Source of the DNA: an uncultured Bacteroidales bacterium
Lineage (GTDB): Bacteria; Bacteroidota; Bacteroidia; Bacteroidales; VadinHA17
Direction: 5' to 3'
DNA: 64,000 nucleotides
Assembly (NCBI GenBank): GCA_963719235.1
Contig: CAVRBS010000014.1
Coordinates: forward strand, 283,588-347,587
Shown here: positions 61,963-64,000 of the stretch, in pieces
How positions within the stretch are numbered: position 1 is the first letter of the stretch
How the letters are laid out: the number at the start of each line of letters is the position of its first letter
Position numbers and translations under genes: made by a program
The notes under the pieces: model-generated
Seen by the model: only the letters and a program-made list of their open reading frames with translations
The model's database searches: none
Told to the model about the DNA's origin: nothing

Positions 61963-63670
61963 TTATTTTGTCAGGGCAATAAAGGCTTCGTCTGTGAAGT
62001 ATTTTGCAAACTCGAGGTCAGTCATAGCATAGTTCTTCCAGTCTGTGTTGTAGCCGATAGCTTCACGCAGGTTATTGAGAACACCGTCCTTGTTGTCAAG
62101 ACGTGCAGCGATAACAGCCTTAAGATATGATGGAGCACCGCATTTGCACGGTGGAACTGCATCCATCGTCGTTTTGGCTTTGTTGATGTCACCTTTCAGC
62201 AGCTGTGCCAGTGCAAGGTTCATTGAAGGCTTGTCGCCGAGCAGGTTAACTGCCTGGTCATATTTGCCATCATGAATTGCTATTGTGCCAAGACCGAATT
62301 TTGATTCCGGTGTTGCAGCTGACATTGAGCCGAAATATTCAGAAGCTGCTTTGAAATCTTCGTTCAGCAGAGCAGCAAAACCCATATTGTTCTTAACAAC
62401 GTCATCATTCTTGATAGCCTTGGCCTTCTCGAGAGCTACCATAGCCTCATCAGCCTTGCCCATATTCAGCAATGCCCAACCAACGTTATTCCATGCGCGA
62501 TAGCACTTGGGGAATTTTTCAGCTGTCATCTGGTAGTACTTGAGCTGCTCGTTCACATCAGTTGTAAGGGTTGCAGCGTAAAGCATCTGCTCAAGGGTGA
62601 GTGCTGAGGCATCACCTTTTATTGCAGCAAGGATCTCCTCATCGCTTAAGCCAATGAGATCAACGTCAACAATGAATTTTGACCTTCTCAGCTGAGGAAG
62701 AATTTCGTCTGCCAGTGCCAGATAGGCGGTAGACATATTCTTTATCTCCTTTTCACGGACAACCGGATCCTGGTACATTGACAGCACTCTCAGGATGAGA
62801 TCCTTGTCAGCCAGTGAAGATTCCTGTACGAGGGTTTTGAAACCGTCCCAGTCTTCTGCGGTTGTCTTGCTTGTGAACAGATTTGCCAGTTCGGGAATCT
62901 TTGCCGTATTCCTTCTTGAGATACTTCTCAGCAGCCTTGCCTCTCTGATCTGCAAGTTTCTCATTGAGAGTAAGAGGACCGTCAGGTGAAGCATATGAAC
63001 TTGTTGTGACACCTTTAACTGCCATTCTCTCGTTCTGTGCAACCATAGTCACATAATCCTTTAAAGCTGTGATATCATCAGCCTTAAGTTCTGTGGTTTT
63101 AATGTCTGCCCTGTTTATTGCATAAAGAATGTCAGCAATTTTCTGTTCAGGAACAATGCGCTGATAGCTATCCTTTAATGACAGCGGCATCGGGTGGTAT
63201 TCGAAAAGTGTTGATGTGGCAATTACACCGTCAGCAAGTTTGATAGGTGTAAAGGCTAAGGTCTTATCTTTTCTTGAAGCGTCAATGCGGAGCAGGAACT
63301 CAGAGACTTTCATCTCGGGTTTGTAGTCAACGTCACCTGACCAGCTTGCTGTGCCGCCGGTGCGGGCTATAGATTTATTGTTTCCCTGCACATCTTCACC
63401 CTGGGTGTAAAGCAGTTCGTCAAAGACGGTCTCACCACCTGTATAAGTAAGGACCGGGGTGATCTTCAGGGTGGTCTTCTTGTCAAAATACTTCTCCGGA
63501 TAGGTTGCTTTGACCTGTGCGGCAACAATGCCTGCATGTGTCTCAAGCACCTTCGGAGTAATCTCGTACTTGACAAGATTGGCGTTTTTGCTCATTTTTT
63601 GAAGAGGACTGCAGCCTGAAACAAGAATGGCGGCCAGTAGAATGACAAAAAGGTTTCTGAAATTTTTCAT
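61963..63670 (-). CDS. Conserved Bacteroidota TPR lipoprotein with OmpA-like region (frameshift near 62900)
   Basis: VSGC lipobox, YASPDG...NEKLA..R, EDWDGFK, ILPQLRRS, C-terminal TPRs; two ORFs join. Confidence 0.8.
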
Positions 63671-64000
63671 AATTGATCTTTTATTAAGTTGCGATTAGTT
63701 ACCTGTTAATAACGTTTATACAGTACTATTTATAAACTTGACCTGCAAAGATGACCCAATTATACTAATAATTGTTACATAATCTTCTGGAAAAGTTATA
63801 TCATTCATACGTTTGGTGTCCGGTATGATCCGGAAAATTTCGGTATTATGAACAAACAAGTATTTATACAAGTTTGCCAATTTTGTCACAAATTTAAGTA
63901 AATTTAATTATTCCCCGCATAATGCAAGTGAAAAATTCAGATTTTCGGGAGATTTAATCCCTGTTGTATTTCTCCGGCAAATATTGCCTCTTTCAGCTTC

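Noticed and set aside
1-64000. CRISPR arrays, rRNA, defence systems and the many short overlapping antisense ORFs
   Set aside because: No regularly spaced repeat-spacer array, rRNA or recognisable cas/restriction gene was seen; short antisense ORFs lie within well-supported genes and lack motifs

Overview
64-kb chromosomal segment from a Bacteroidota organism, most likely an anaerobic Bacteroidales-type bacterium (inferred from SusC/SusD, porQ-cmk-ispH synteny, TAnnTTTG promoters and type-B L31). Housekeeping genes include coaD, lon, rpmE2, cmk, ispH, pfkA, priA, sucC, a TCA cluster, tRNA-His and tRNA-Pro. The main find is a respiratory locus at about 13-28 kb. It encodes a CcsBA cytochrome c maturase, a Cys-bearing Crp/Fnr regulator, a hexaheme lipoprotein with a collagen-like stalk, two monoheme cytochromes, a heptaheme plus diheme-b pair resembling Geobacter CbcBA, a DUF5777-like beta-barrel and a monoheme lipoprotein. 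Directly upstream lies etfB-etfA-(ETF:menaquinone oxidoreductase)-acyl-CoA dehydrogenase. Both cytochrome promoters carry TGAT-N4-ATCA boxes phased at exactly 22 bp. A separate ImcH-like heptaheme NapC/NirT cytochrome lies at 53.7-55.2 kb. Together these suggest a candidate quinol-to-cell-surface electron transfer chain in a Bacteroidales (inference). Other observations: two related elements 3' of tRNAs that duplicate the tRNA from A58, a MITE, a REP doublet, a stand-alone gyrase-CTD-like gene, and a recurrent G>A change at GANTC motifs hitting conserved serines (probable methylation-linked base-calling signature). Patches of single-base frameshifts (SusCD, TCA genes, coaD) look like sequencing error. 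All family assignments come from reading motifs; no database search was run.
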